NCBI GenBank assembly: GCA_016295245.1
Contig: JAEDLO010000001.1
Coordinates: 1 to 58,803 of the forward strand
Source of the DNA: Bacteroidales bacterium
GTDB lineage: Bacteria; Bacteroidota; Bacteroidia; Bacteroidales; UBA932
DNA: 58,803 bases
Reading direction: 5' to 3'
Shown here: positions 19,275-29,434 of the stretch, one piece after another
How positions within the stretch are numbered: position 1 is the stretch's first letter
Layout of the letters: each line of letters opens with the position of its first letter
The notes under the pieces: generated by a model
The model's input: the letters and a program-made list of their open reading frames with translations, nothing else
What the model was told of the DNA's origin: nothing
Databases searched by the model: none
Made by a program: the position numbers and the translations under genes

Positions 19275-22088
19275 TTATCCTTTAAGAGCACGGGCAGTCA
19301 GCGAGCCCGGGCAATTCATAAGCTCCTCTACGCCACCCTCGAAAACCACTTCACCTCCTTTGGCACCGGCATCAGGTCCAAGGTCAATTACCCAGTCAGC
19401 AGCACGAATCACATCGGGATTGTGCTCCACTACAAGCAGCGAGTGGCCGTTTTCCAGAAGGGCATCGAAAGCTTTGAGGAGTTTCTCGACATCAAAGAAA
19501 TGCAGACCGGTGGTAGGCTCGTCAAAGACAAAAAGGATCTTCTCACCCTTGACTGACTGACGGCTCAGGGTCAGGAAATAAGCCAGCTTAATTCGCTGGT
19601 TTTCTCCTCCCGAAAGGGTAGAACTGCCCTGTCCGAGCTTGATATAGCCAAGACCGACGTCCTGAAGGGCTTTCAGACGTGAGGCAACGCTCTGAGCCTC
19701 AGGCTCCGGGCCCGCGGAGAAAAAATCGACGGCCTCATCCACGCTCAGATCCAGGATTTCGCTCACATTCAGTCCGCGATAACGCACCTCGAGCACTTCC
19801 GGACGGAAACGCTTTCCCTTGCACTCTTCGCACACCATCTCCACATCACTCATAAACTGCATACTGATGCGCACGAAACCATTGCCGTGACACTCCGGAC
19901 AGCGACCACCCTCCGCATTGAAAGAGAAATAATTCGGGCCGTAGCCGTTAATCTTAGCGTATTGCTGACGCGCCATCAGCTTGCGGATGTCATCATAGAC
20001 TTTGAGGTAGGTCGCCGCATTCGAGCGGCTGCTGCGCCCGATAGGGTTCTGGTCAACATATTCTACGCGGGTGATGCGGTCCAGGTTGCCGCTCAGGCGG
20101 CGGAAAACGCCCGGCTTCTCGCCGGCATCATTGAGGCGGCGGAAGAGCGCAGGATAGAGCACATCGCCCACAAGGGAAGACTTCCCTGAGCCGGAAACGC
20201 CTGTCACCACGGTCAGCACGTCCAAAGGGAAGCGCACGGTGATGTCCTTGAGATTATGCTCCATCGCCCCCTCGACGGTAATCGAGTAGTGCCAGTTGCG
20301 CTTCTTGCGGCTATAGCGCTCTCGCTGTCCGCCTATATACTGGAGAGTAAGCGAGGCGGCAAGCGCTTCAGGGTTGAGGGCATGAGCGTCCACCTTTCCC
20401 TGGAAAACCACCTCGCCTCCACCGGAGCCTGCACGCGGGCCCATATCGATAAGCAGGTCTGCCGCGCGTATGATTTCTTCATCGTGTTCCACGACAAGTA
20501 CGGTGTTGCCCAGGTCACGAAGGCGGCGCAATACGGAGATAAGCCGCTGGGTATCACGAGGATGCAAGCCAATGCTCGGCTCATCGAGTATATACATCGA
20601 GCCTACGAGACTAGAGCCGAGCGCCGTCACGAGATTGATGCGCTGAGTCTCGCCGCCTGACAGGGTGTTGCAGGCCCTGTTGAGGGTCAGATAGCCAAGG
20701 CCGACATCTTCTATGCAATGCAGACGCGAAAGCAGTTCTGAAAGTGGTTCGGCAACGATTTCGCGCTCGTAGTCGGAGAGTTGAATATTCTCCAGAAAAG
20801 CGATGGCCTCCTCGACTGTCTTGGTCAGGAACTGGTGGATATTGATGCCTCCGACCTTGACCCAAAGCGCCTCCTTTCGCAGGCGGCTGCCCTGGCAGTC
20901 CGGGCACACTGTTTTGCCGCTGTAGCGGCTGAGCATATACTTGTACTGGATTTTGTAGCGCTGCGACTCAACCCATGCGAAGAACTCCCGGATGCCCACA
21001 AGCGAATCCTTGCCTTCAACGGAATGGGTGTTCCAGATTATGTCCTTATGCTCCTGTGGAAGGTTGCAGTAGGGTTCAAAGATGGAGATGCCGTAGGAAG
21101 GCGCATGCTTGATGAGATTATCACGAAACCAGCCCATCTTTTCCCCCTTCCAGCAGGCAATTGCTCCGTCATAGATGCTCTTGCTCTTGTCTGGAATCAC
21201 CAGGTCTTCGGAGATGTCAATGGTCTGCCCGAGGCCGCCACAGGTCTGGCAGGCACCCAGAGGCGAATTGAAACTGAAGAGGTGGTCCTCCGGGCGAAGA
21301 AACTTGATGCCGTCAAGTTCAAAACGGTTGGAGAATGACTTTGACTGTCCATTGTCGGCGCAAACCTCCACGAGGCCGTCCGAGCGCCGGAAAGCCTCCG
21401 CCACCGAAGACTGCAGACGGGAAAGCGTATCCTCATCAAACGCCCCATCCAGCCTCACCCTGTCAAGCAGCAGGGAGGCCTTCCGAGGATAGGCTCCGTC
21501 CATCCGAAGCACATCGTCAATCCTGACGGGGGCGCCATCTGCATAGAGGCGGGTGTAGCCCTCTTCCTTGAGCGAAAGCATCAGTTCCACCTTATCTTCA
21601 CGCTCTTCCCAGCCCAGATCGGCAAGCACATAGGCAAGCCCGGCGGCGCCCTGCGTTGCCAGAGACTTCAGGTAAGCGATGACGTCGGGGATGTCGCTGC
21701 TCTTCACTTCCCTTCCCGAAACGGGAGAAAAGGTGCGGCCGATGCGGGCGAAGATCAGCCGCAGATAATCATAAATCTCGGTAGTCGTAGCCACGGTAGA
21801 GCGCACGTTTCGCACCGTCACCTTCTGCTCAATGGCTATTGCCGGAGGTATCCCTTCAATCAGGTCCACATCCGGCTTGCTCATACGCCCGAGAAACTGA
21901 CGGGCATAAGAAGAGAGGCTTTCGGCGAAACGCCTCTGCCCCTCTGCAAACAATGTATCAAAGGCGAGGGAAGACTTTCCCGATCCGGACACACCTGTTA
22001 TCACGATGAATTTGCCGCGAGGTATCTCCAGGGAGATGTTCTTCAGATTGTTTACCCTTGCTCCTTTGATGCTGATATTGTCACTCAT
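19275..22088 (-). CDS. uvrA: Excinuclease ABC subunit A
   Basis: Two [11 protein letters not shown]alker A motifs, two LSGGE signatures, CxxC zinc fingers, LDEPSIGLH and DEPTTGLH. Confidence 0.96.
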   Translation of the reverse strand: MSDNISIKGARVNNLKNISLEIPRGKFIVITGVSGSGKSSLAFDTLFAEGQRRFAESLSSYARQFLGRMSKPDVDLIEGIPPAIAIEQKVTVRNVRSTVATTTEIYDYLRLIFARIGRTFSPVSGREVKSSDIPDVIAYLKSLATQGAAGLAYVLADLGWEEREDKVELMLSLKEEGYTRLYADGAPVRIDDVLRMDGAYPRKASLLLDRVRLDGAFDEDTLSRLQSSVAEAFRRSDGLVEVCADNGQSKSFSNRFELDGIKFLRPEDHLFSFNSPLGACQTCGGLGQTIDISEDLVIPDKSKSIYDGAIACWKGEKMGWFRDNLIKHAPSYGISIFEPYCNLPQEHKDIIWNTHSVEGKDSLVGIREFFAWVESQRYKIQYKYMLSRYSGKTVCPDCQGSRLRKEALWVKVGGINIHQFLTKTVEEAIAFLENIQLSDYEREIVAEPLSELLSRLHCIEDVGLGYLTLNRACNTLSGGETQRINLVTALGSSLVGSMYILDEPSIGLHPRDTQRLISVLRRLRDLGNTVLVVEHDEEIIRAADLLIDMGPRAGSGGGEVVFQGKVDAHALNPEALAASLTLQYIGGQRERYSRKKRNWHYSITVEGAMEHNLKDITVRFPLDVLTVVTGVSGSGKSSLVGDVLYPALFRRLNDAGEKPGVFRRLSGNLDRITRVEYVDQNPIGRSSRSNAATYLKVYDDIRKLMARQQYAKINGYGPNYFSFNAEGGRCPECHGNGFVRISMQFMSDVEMVCEECKGKRFRPEVLEVRYRGLNVSEILDLSVDEAVDFFSAGPEPEAQSVASRLKALQDVGLGYIKLGQGSSTLSGGENQRIKLAYFLTLSRQSVKGEKILFVFDEPTTGLHFFDVEKLLKAFDALLENGHSLLVVEHNPDVIRAADWVIDLGPDAGAKGGEVVFEGGVEELMNCPGSLTARALKG

Positions 22089-23223
22089 CTGAATCCTTCA
22101 GTCCAGTCTTGAAAGAGGCCCAGGTGTCTCTTCCCCACAGAACCCAAACCGCTGCGAGTGCGACACCCAGGAAAATACAAATCAAAAGGATGTTCAGTTT
22201 GGAGGCATTGCTCTTCTTGAGAGGGACGCTAGGCGGCTGAAGAACGGTGCAGACGGGTGTTTCCTTCTGCAGGTTTGCCTTTGCGACCTGAAGCTGCTGG
22301 GCGCAGGTGTTATAAAGCTGGTAGCAAAGGTTCATCTCGTTCTGGAGACGCTCGGATTCAGTCCTGATGCTCTGGAAAACAACTCCCTGATTGGCGTCAA
22401 CATACTTTGCGTAACGCTGCTGCGCCTTGTAGTAATCGTTCTTGGTCTCCTCATAGAGTTGCTCGGCGTACTTGAGATCCTCGCGTGCCTTGTCAGTCCT
22501 GTAGGCCGTCACGTAATCCTGAATCTTTCCGACCAGAACATTACAAAGCTGGGCCGCAACGTGTGGGTCCTGGGCCGTGGCGCTGATGGTAATCATACTT
22601 GTCTTCTTGTCAACGGACACGCTGATGCTTTCTTTGATGGCTTTGAGAATCCCGGCCTGTTCGTCAGTCAGCTCGTATGGATTCAGGTCTGCATAACCCT
22701 CAAGCTTTTCTTTCTTCTCCTTGAAGAGGCTCATTGTCCAGCCAAGGGCCTTCATCGGGAAAGAAATGACAGCATTCCACCACGGAGCCTTGTTATATTC
22801 CTTCAGATACTCATAGTAGTCTGTAGTGATGGTTTCCTTCTTGTGCTTGAAGCTAACCTCAAGCGAGAAAAGGTCGGTAAGGAAAGGAGTTGAATTCACA
22901 ATCTCAGGATAGATGTCCGGCGTAAGAGCGTCAGGGCCGCTGCCGGAGCCGAGATTGATGCCGGCAAGGCTGGCGAGGGCGGAAAGGTTTCCGCCACCCG
23001 AGCTACCGCCTGTACGCTCAGGGGCCATAAGAGCCGATGCGCTATATTCGTTTGGAATGCTGAAGCCGACTATCAGGCCTACCACAATTGCTCCGCAAGC
23101 CCATTTCAAAAGAAGTTTCCACTCTTTTAAAACTTTGCGGACAAGCTCCATAATGTCAACCTCGTCGTACTGCTCCTCCTGCTGGAGATTGCCGTTGTAC
23201 TGATTCATTTCGTTTTGATCCAT
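22081..23223 (-). CDS. Polysaccharide chain-length determinant (Wzz-like co-polymerase, no kinase domain)
   Basis: [12 protein letters not shown]-terminus, two TM helices flanking a coiled-coil periplasmic region, Pro-rich motif before TM2. Confidence 0.85.
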   Translation of the reverse strand: MDQNEMNQYNGNLQQEEQYDEVDIMELVRKVLKEWKLLLKWACGAIVVGLIVGFSIPNEYSASALMAPERTGGSSGGGNLSALASLAGINLGSGSGPDALTPDIYPEIVNSTPFLTDLFSLEVSFKHKKETITTDYYEYLKEYNKAPWWNAVISFPMKALGWTMSLFKEKKEKLEGYADLNPYELTDEQAGILKAIKESISVSVDKKTSMITISATAQDPHVAAQLCNVLVGKIQDYVTAYRTDKAREDLKYAEQLYEETKNDYYKAQQRYAKYVDANQGVVFQSIRTESERLQNEMNLCYQLYNTCAQQLQVAKANLQKETPVCTVLQPPSVPLKKSNASKLNILLICIFLGVALAAVWVLWGRDTWASFKTGLKDSDE

Positions 23224-23229
23224 AGCTGA

Positions 23230-25746
23230 TTATTTTACGAGGTTGACAAGGGTAATGATAACTGTTGAAAGCGAAGCCGCAGATGTGGCGATTGACATCA
23301 CTTCTCCGGCACTCATTCCATTTTTCTCTTCCTTCTGAGGCACTATGATCTCACATCCCGGCTCAATTTTGACACCCATTCTGCCGGCCTTTGCCACAGA
23401 ACCGTTCATATAGACGATATAAGCCTTGCTTCTCTTTGCCCTAAGGCCATAGCCGCCGGCCGCGTTGATATACTCACGGGCGGACCTGCCTGGAACATAA
23501 GACATCACATTAGGGTTCATCACCGCGCCGGATACCTTTACGGTGCTCAACATTTCAGGGACTGTGAGTTCATCACCTTCCTTGAGGATGATATCGTACT
23601 CGCTTCCCGGGTTTGCAACGGCCTGATCAAGCGAAATTGCAACGTTGAAATATGATTCCGACTCATCATCGACCATCAGAGAATCCTTTGTCGCACTTCT
23701 TGCAGCCAATTTCTTCTTTGCTTCAAGTACCTTCTTCTCCTCTTCGCCTATGGCTCTCTTGAGGGTTGCACCCTTGAGGTATGCGTGGTCTGTGACTCCA
23801 CCTGCCCTGGCAACGAGGTTTGAAAGTCTCTCGCCGACATTGATGAGGAGATAGTCACCGGGGAAGGCAACTTCACCGTTGACTTTGACAAACTGCTGAG
23901 GACGATAGCCCGGAGATCTTCTGACAGACACAACGTCATATGGCTGGAGCTTGAAAGAAGGATCGGAACTTACGAACTTGCCGTTCTCGATGGAAATGCT
24001 CAGCGAAACTCCCAACTCATCCGTTGCCTCAAGACTTTCAGGGTCATAGATGCGGCGTGCAATGTCAACCTTTGCGGTAGAAGCACCGTCAAGCAGACCT
24101 CCTGCCATCAGGATAAGATCCTCGACGGAAGTATTCTTGCTGTAAGTGAAAATACCGGGCTGTGCGACATAACCGTTGATGGTCAAGGTACCCGGAGCCT
24201 GAATCTCAGCATTGCTTGTAACCGAAACTATATCATTCTTGCGAAGAAGAATATCTTCTGCCTTTCCGCTCATCACGGCACCGAGGTCGACCGAAATGGT
24301 GCGCAAGGTAAGGTCATCGTTCTCACGGGAAATTACTGCCCTCTTGAGGAAAGCATCCTCCCTCAGGCCTCCGGCCTTCCCGATAAGCTGGCGCAGCGTG
24401 GCGACGTCTCCGCCGATCTGGTAATATCCCGGGCGCATAACTGCACCATTGATAGAAACCCTGTTGGTATAACGGTCAAGTACCTTTGCGACATTGACGC
24501 TGTCGCCGTCAGCAAGGCTGAAAGAGCCGAAGCCTGCAGCGGCTACGGTCGAAAGCTCACGCTCTTTGCCGTTGATGCGGGCAACATTCACGTTTTCCCT
24601 GTATGAGTTTGACGAGAAACCGCCGGCGTAACGGATAAGGTCTGAAAGATTTTCCTCTCCTGTCATTTCGTACTTCATCGGACGCTTCACTTCTCCGGCC
24701 ACAGTAACCCTGTTGAGGTAAGGAGGTACGATTACGATATCTCCGTCCTTGAGCCTGATGTCAGAGTCCGACTTGCCGTTGAAAAGGTATCCGTAGAAGT
24801 CAACGCTTGCTATCTGCTTGCCGCCGCGAACAACCTTGATGGCTCTGAGGGAGCCGTTGTCGGTCACGCCCTGGGCATTATAAAGAGCATTGAAAACTGT
24901 TGCGAATGAAGAAAGGCGGTATGTGCCGGGGGTCTTCACCTCACCCATCACATTAACCTGGATGGTCCTTACGCCACCGAGAGTGACGCTTACCGAAGTA
25001 TTAGGAGTATCACCTCCGATGCTTGAATACTTTGACACAAGGGCCTTCTTAATCTTGTTGGAAGCCTCTTTGATAGTCAGGCCATTGAGATAGATAGGCC
25101 CAATCTGGCTGATGCTGATGCGACCTTCCGGGGAGATGGTCTGATTGATCGTTGCTTCGTTGTAGCCCCAGATTTCGATGATAAGTTCATCGCCCGGGCC
25201 AAGGATATAATCCGAAGGAGTCGCAATATTCTCATTCGGCTCGAAAGTCAAATCGCGTCCGCTGAAGATATCAACGCCGAAGACACGGCTTGTGGCAGGA
25301 ATCCTGTCCTCAAGAGGGCGTTCGCCAAAATAGTCCTCCTCATAATACTCTGAACCGTACTCCGAACCGTACTCCGAACCGTACTCTGCATCGTATTCTG
25401 CATCGTCTCTGTATCTGGACCTGGTCCTTGACCTGTCATTGGCTGTAGTATTACGCCTGTCGTTCTGACGTGACTTGGTTGCAGTCTGCCTCGGATTCTT
25501 CTTGCTTTGCGAATCGGCGGTTGCGTTTTCACCAGCTGATTCATTGGCATACTGCTCCTTGAGCCTCTCGAGCTGTTCGCGGGTAACACCGCGAGCGACC
25601 AGTTCACGGGCCATCTGCTCCTGCGACTTGCCGGAAGCCATCCCCGACTTCACATATTCCAAAACCTGAGAATCCGTCATCTGGGCAAAAGCCAGGACTG
25701 ACGAAAGACAAAGGGTGGAAAGGATAAGGATTATTGATTTCTTCAT
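23230..25746 (-). CDS. Polysaccharide export protein with multiple SLBB domains (Wza/KpsD-like)
   Basis: Signal peptide, MTDSQV start, DYILGPGDEL Poly_export motif, repeated V.GEV..PG.Y / AGG SLBB units. Confidence 0.9.
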   Translation of the reverse strand: MKKSIILILSTLCLSSVLAFAQMTDSQVLEYVKSGMASGKSQEQMARELVARGVTREQLERLKEQYANESAGENATADSQSKKNPRQTATKSRQNDRRNTTANDRSRTRSRYRDDAEYDAEYGSEYGSEYGSEYYEEDYFGERPLEDRIPATSRVFGVDIFSGRDLTFEPNENIATPSDYILGPGDELIIEIWGYNEATINQTISPEGRISISQIGPIYLNGLTIKEASNKIKKALVSKYSSIGGDTPNTSVSVTLGGVRTIQVNVMGEVKTPGTYRLSSFATVFNALYNAQGVTDNGSLRAIKVVRGGKQIASVDFYGYLFNGKSDSDIRLKDGDIVIVPPYLNRVTVAGEVKRPMKYEMTGEENLSDLIRYAGGFSSNSYRENVNVARINGKERELSTVAAAGFGSFSLADGDSVNVAKVLDRYTNRVSINGAVMRPGYYQIGGDVATLRQLIGKAGGLREDAFLKRAVISRENDDLTLRTISVDLGAVMSGKAEDILLRKNDIVSVTSNAEIQAPGTLTINGYVAQPGIFTYSKNTSVEDLILMAGGLLDGASTAKVDIARRIYDPESLEATDELGVSLSISIENGKFVSSDPSFKLQPYDVVSVRRSPGYRPQQFVKVNGEVAFPGDYLLINVGERLSNLVARAGGVTDHAYLKGATLKRAIGEEEKKVLEAKKKLAARSATKDSLMVDDESESYFNVAISLDQAVANPGSEYDIILKEGDELTVPEMLSTVKVSGAVMNPNVMSYVPGRSAREYINAAGGYGLRAKRSKAYIVYMNGSVAKAGRMGVKIEPGCEIIVPQKEEKNGMSAGEVMSIATSAASLSTVIITLVNLVK
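25345..25404 (-). repeat. In-frame 12-bp tandem repeat x5 encoding (DAEY)2(GSEY)3
   Basis: + strand units ATACTCTGAACC, GTACTCCGAACC x2, GTACTCTGCATC, GTATTCTGCATC. Confidence 0.9.
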
Positions 25747-25775
25747 AACAAAAATGGTATTTCGAAGTTAAGGAT

Positions 25776-25807
25776 ACAAATATAGCACAAATCATACTTA
25801 CGACAAA
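25776..25807 (-). promoter_or_regulatory. Bacteroidetes sigma-A promoter for the exporter-wzz-uvrA-GT2 run
   Basis: TATATTTG (25783-25776) with TTTG 20 bp upstream (25807-25804). Confidence 0.65.
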
Positions 25808-25867
25808 GAATAATATTATATGAAGGCCGTCCCAGCCACATTTTTTTGCAATTTTTTCTCAAAAATA

Positions 25868-25898
25868 CTTGCAGGTATGAAAAAAATCCGTACCTTTG
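25868..25898 (+). promoter_or_regulatory. Promoter for tRNA-Asp
   Basis: TACCTTTG at 25891-25898 with CTTG at 25868-25871. Confidence 0.7.
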
Positions 25899-25925
25899 CA
25901 TCGCATTCAACGAATGACCGGAATT

Positions 25926-25999
25926 GGTGCGGTAGTTCAGCTGGTTAGAATGCCGGCCTGTCACGCCGGAGGTCGAGGGTTCGAGTCCCTTCCGCACCG
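25926..25999 (+). tRNA. tRNA-Asp (GTC), CCA not encoded
   Basis: Acceptor GGTGCGG/CCGCACC, D-arm AGTTCAGCTGGTTAGAAT, anticodon arm CCGGC-CTGTCAC-GCCGG, T-loop GGTTCGAGTCC. Confidence 0.97.
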
Positions 26000-26002
26000 C
26001 TC

Positions 26003-26032
26003 AAAGCCTCTCACGCTAGTGAGGGGTTTTTT
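26003..26032 (+). terminator. Intrinsic terminator after tRNA-Asp
   Basis: CCTCTCAC-GCTA-GTGAGGGG stem followed by a T run. Confidence 0.8.
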
Positions 26033-26063
26033 GTTATTCAACGCATACAAACGCCCGCCCACT

Positions 26064-27497
26064 ATGCAAGAAACTCTCGCCGGCATTCTCAACTCCATCA
26101 ATGAGCCTATGGCTGTAGTGATGGTGGTAACTCTTTGTTTTTCAGGAATCTACTTCACACTCAAAACCAAAGGAGTCCAGTTCAGGATGATTTCCGAGAT
26201 GTTCCGTCTGCTATTCAAGTCCGACGGAGCTCAAGCACAAAAGAGCAAGAGCAGCAGGCGCATCAGTTCGCTTGAAGCCTTTATGGTCTCCCTCGCCTCG
26301 CGCGTCGGAACGGGCAATCTTGCGGGCGTTGCGACGGCCATCGTAATCGGCGGTCCGGGCGCCATCTTCTGGATGTGGGTTATGGCTTTGGTGGGCAGCG
26401 TCAACACCTTCATCGAGTGCACCCTCGCCCAGCTTTTCAAGAAGCGCGGTGGGGACTCGTTCATTGGAGGTCCAGCCTACTACATCTCCAAAGGCTTGCA
26501 CAAGCGCTGGTTCGCCTGTATCTTCGCAGTCGCCATCATCGCCCAGTTCGGCCTCACCAACAATATGGTCCAGGCCAACACCATTACCTCCGCCGTCAGC
26601 GAGGCATTCAGCGTTTCTCCCGTACTCATAGCATCCGTCCTGACGGCATTCTCGCTTGCAGTCATCTTCGGCGGCATCTCGCGCATCGCCAAGGCCTGCT
26701 CGGTCATCGTACCGTTCATGGCCCTCGCATATCTGGGCATCGCCCTCTGGGTGGTCATCAGCAACCTGAGCGCCATCCCCGGCATCCTCGCACTCATAGT
26801 CAAGAGCGCCTTCGGCTTTGAACAGGCGGCGGGAGGAGCGGTCGGCACCGCCATACTGATGGGCTTCAAGCGCGGCATTTTCAGCAACGAGGCCGGCGAG
26901 GGAAGTGCTCCGAACGCCGCCGCAACTGCAGACGTGAGCCATCCTGTGAAGCAGGGCCTCATCCAAACCCTGGGCGTTTATACCGACACCCTGCTCATCT
27001 GCACCTGCACCGCCATCCTCATCCTCTGTTCGGGGCTGTACGACTGCGGTGCTAATGGCATCGAACTCACCCAAGCGGCAATGACCTTCCACATCGGCCC
27101 CTCCGGCAAGTACATCATCGCCGTCTGCATCCTCTTTTTCGCCTTCTCCAGCGTCCTGGGCAATTATTATTACGGCGAATGCAACATCAACTTCCTGTGC
27201 AACGGCTCGCCACACACCAGGACAGCCATCAACATCTACAGGGTGATTCTCGGTGTCCTCATCTTCATAGGCTCGCTCTCTACCATCGAGATAGTCTGGG
27301 CACTGGTGGACTTCTGCATGGTGATAATGACTGTCTGCAACCTGATTGCCATACTGCTTCTGGGCAAGTATGCAGTAAGGCTTCTGGATGACTACCGCCG
27401 TCAGCTCAAGGAAGGCAGAAACCCTCACTACAGCTCCGACACCATCCCGGAGATAGCCTCCGAGACCGAGTGCTGGCCGGACAAAAAAAGAGGATGA
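26064..27497 (+). CDS. Alanine/glycine:cation symporter (AGCS family)
   Basis: SRVGTGNLAGVA, GGPGAIFWMW, FSNEAGEGSA, DTLLICTCTA; the true start is ATG 26064 (track start overlaps the tRNA). Confidence 0.94.
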   Translation: MQETLAGILNSINEPMAVVMVVTLCFSGIYFTLKTKGVQFRMISEMFRLLFKSDGAQAQKSKSSRRISSLEAFMVSLASRVGTGNLAGVATAIVIGGPGAIFWMWVMALVGSVNTFIECTLAQLFKKRGGDSFIGGPAYYISKGLHKRWFACIFAVAIIAQFGLTNNMVQANTITSAVSEAFSVSPVLIASVLTAFSLAVIFGGISRIAKACSVIVPFMALAYLGIALWVVISNLSAIPGILALIVKSAFGFEQAAGGAVGTAILMGFKRGIFSNEAGEGSAPNAAATADVSHPVKQGLIQTLGVYTDTLLICTCTAILILCSGLYDCGANGIELTQAAMTFHIGPSGKYIIAVCILFFAFSSVLGNYYYGECNINFLCNGSPHTRTAINIYRVILGVLIFIGSLSTIEIVWALVDFCMVIMTVCNLIAILLLGKYAVRLLDDYRRQLKEGRNPHYSSDTIPEIASETECWPDKKRG

Positions 27498-27525
27498 CCG
27501 CAGTTCATAGACCGGTCATCCCCTC
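27490..27525. terminator. Hairpin between convergent genes (GAGGATGAC family)
   Basis: GGATGACCG/CGGTCATCC stem preceded by an A run (U tail on minus strand). Confidence 0.55.
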
Positions 27526-27545
27526 AAATGCAGAAAGCAGGGCAA

Positions 27546-27953
27546 CTATTTCTTTGCCTTGTACTTACGCTGAAAGATCACTGTGTTGCCCTCTTCGGCG
27601 CCGCCAATTCTGGTCACAACGACGGTTACATCGCTGAAATCAAAGAAAGAGCAATATTTCGGATCAGCCTCGGCCTTGTTCATTGCCGAATTCACGATGT
27701 CCTTGACCTTCTTGTCGCAGTCAGTCTGCAGTCCTGAGAACTTCCAGGCCGAGCTGAGTTGCACGCCTCCGGCGCTCTGAATCTCTTTCAGAATGAGATC
27801 TTCGCCAAGACTGTCCATCTGCCATGACATACAAGAGCCGGTGCTTGCTTCCGGAGTAATGGTATAGAGAAAATCTCCGCTCACTACAGGCTGGCAGGAA
27901 GAAATGCAGAGTGCAGCTACTGCAACTGCAAGGATTGTTAATAATTTCTTCAT
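27546..27953 (-). CDS. Hypothetical small lipoprotein
   Basis: MKKLLTILAVAVAALCISSC signal with lipobox; -7 element TACTTTTG upstream on minus strand. Confidence 0.8.
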   Translation of the reverse strand: MKKLLTILAVAVAALCISSCQPVVSGDFLYTITPEASTGSCMSWQMDSLGEDLILKEIQSAGGVQLSSAWKFSGLQTDCDKKVKDIVNSAMNKAEADPKYCSFFDFSDVTVVVTRIGGAEEGNTVIFQRKYKAKK

Positions 27954-28039
27954 ATTTAATACTATGTTTGCGGCCACAAAAGTAGTATATTTTTTTAAAA
28001 AAAGCGGTACATTTACAAATCAAATAAAACCACAGGATT

Positions 28040-29425
28040 ATGAATTGCTACAAACTCAAACTCGCCACTTTCGGCATCCTTCTTTCCATCCTTGCCTTCC
28101 CTTCCTGCGAAAACTGTCGCGAAAAGGAAGAACTATCTGACATCAATATGCCGATTATCCAGACAAAATTCACCGCGGACCCCGCTCCCGTAGTCCACGA
28201 CGGAGTCGTTTATCTTTTCACCACCCACGATGAGGACGGCGCCCAGGGCTTTTTGATGAAGGACTGGCTGCTATACACCTCAACCGATATGGTAAACTGG
28301 CAGGACCACGGAGCTGTAGCCTCGCTCAGGGACTTCAGCTGGTACAAGGGCAACAACGGAGCCTGGGCCGAGCAGGTGATAGAGAGAAACGGCAAATGGT
28401 ATATGTATTGTCCAATTCACGGCAACGGTATCGGAGTGCTCGTCGCCGACTCCCCTTACGGACCTTATATTGACCCGCTCGGAAAACCTCTCATCTGGCA
28501 GAAAGAGCATTGGGACGACATCGACCCGACAATCCTCATCGATGACGACGGCCAAGCCTATATGTATTGGGGCAATCCCAATGTCTATTACGTCAAGCTC
28601 AACGAGGATATGATTTCATATTCGGGCGAAATCGTCAAACTCCCGCGCATAGAAGACTATCAGGAAGGCCCGTGGATCTGGAAGAGAGAGTCAAAATACT
28701 ATCTCGCCTTTGCCTCCACCTGCTGTCCCGAGGGCATAGGCTACGCTATGAGCGACTCCCCTACCGGGCCATGGACCCATATGGGCCATATTATGGACCA
28801 CACGGTCCGCACCAGAGGCAACCATCCGGGCATCATTGAATACAAGGGCAAGTACTACTGCTTCGGGCTCAACTACGACATCTTCAGCCTGAGCACCAGC
28901 CGCCACGCAGAGCAGAGAAGCGTCTCCGCTGCTGAAATGACTTTCAATCCTGACGGAACCATAGTCGAGCTGCCGTATTTCCACGAGTGCAAGCTCGAGC
29001 AGGTCGAGCCTTTCAATCCGTACCGCAAGGTTGAGGCCGAGACCATGGCCTGGGGCTACGGTCTGAAGACCTCAGAATTCAACACCACCGGACCTAAGCG
29101 CCCGACTCCTTTCGTCACCGGCATCGACGAGGGCGAATACATAATGATAAAGGGCGTTGACTTCGCCGCCGGAGCCAAGTCTTTCAGCGCCAGCGCAGCA
29201 AGCCATCTCTGGGGTGGCAGCATCGAGGTCCGCATCGATGCTGTCGACGGCAAGCTCCTCGGCAAGGTCAGGGTACCGGCAACCAGGGACGAGTATCAGA
29301 CTCTCAGCTGCCCGCTCAAAAAAGTCAGCGGAATCCACGACCTCTATTTTGTATTCCGCGGAACTTCCCGCCAGAGTTGCAACCTGTTCAATTTCGACTG
29401 GTGGCAGATGGAAGCACTTAACTAA
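28040..29425 (+). CDS. GH43 glycoside hydrolase with C-terminal CBM6-like module
   Basis: TADP (base), WAEQ, DIDP, QEGP (acid) motifs; C-terminal VEAET...GIHDLYFVF..FNFDWW; lipoprotein-type signal. Confidence 0.92.
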   Translation: MNCYKLKLATFGILLSILAFPSCENCREKEELSDINMPIIQTKFTADPAPVVHDGVVYLFTTHDEDGAQGFLMKDWLLYTSTDMVNWQDHGAVASLRDFSWYKGNNGAWAEQVIERNGKWYMYCPIHGNGIGVLVADSPYGPYIDPLGKPLIWQKEHWDDIDPTILIDDDGQAYMYWGNPNVYYVKLNEDMISYSGEIVKLPRIEDYQEGPWIWKRESKYYLAFASTCCPEGIGYAMSDSPTGPWTHMGHIMDHTVRTRGNHPGIIEYKGKYYCFGLNYDIFSLSTSRHAEQRSVSAAEMTFNPDGTIVELPYFHECKLEQVEPFNPYRKVEAETMAWGYGLKTSEFNTTGPKRPTPFVTGIDEGEYIMIKGVDFAAGAKSFSASAASHLWGGSIEVRIDAVDGKLLGKVRVPATRDEYQTLSCPLKKVSGIHDLYFVFRGTSRQSCNLFNFDWWQMEALN

Positions 29426-29434
29426 CGCTACAAT

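Noticed and set aside
25896..26063. N-terminal extension of the symporter, and ORF 25743-25997(-)
   Set aside because: Both run through tRNA-Asp and its terminator or promoter.
26211..27428. Long antisense ORFs (405 aa here; also 8368-9336, 30233-31216, 44538-45515, 47435-48370)
   Set aside because: Shadow frames of well-supported genes, expected from C-ending codon bias; no recognisable motifs.
25926..27953. Genomic island integrated at tRNA-Asp
   Set aside because: No integrase, no duplicated tRNA 3' end seen, and downstream genes are ordinary.
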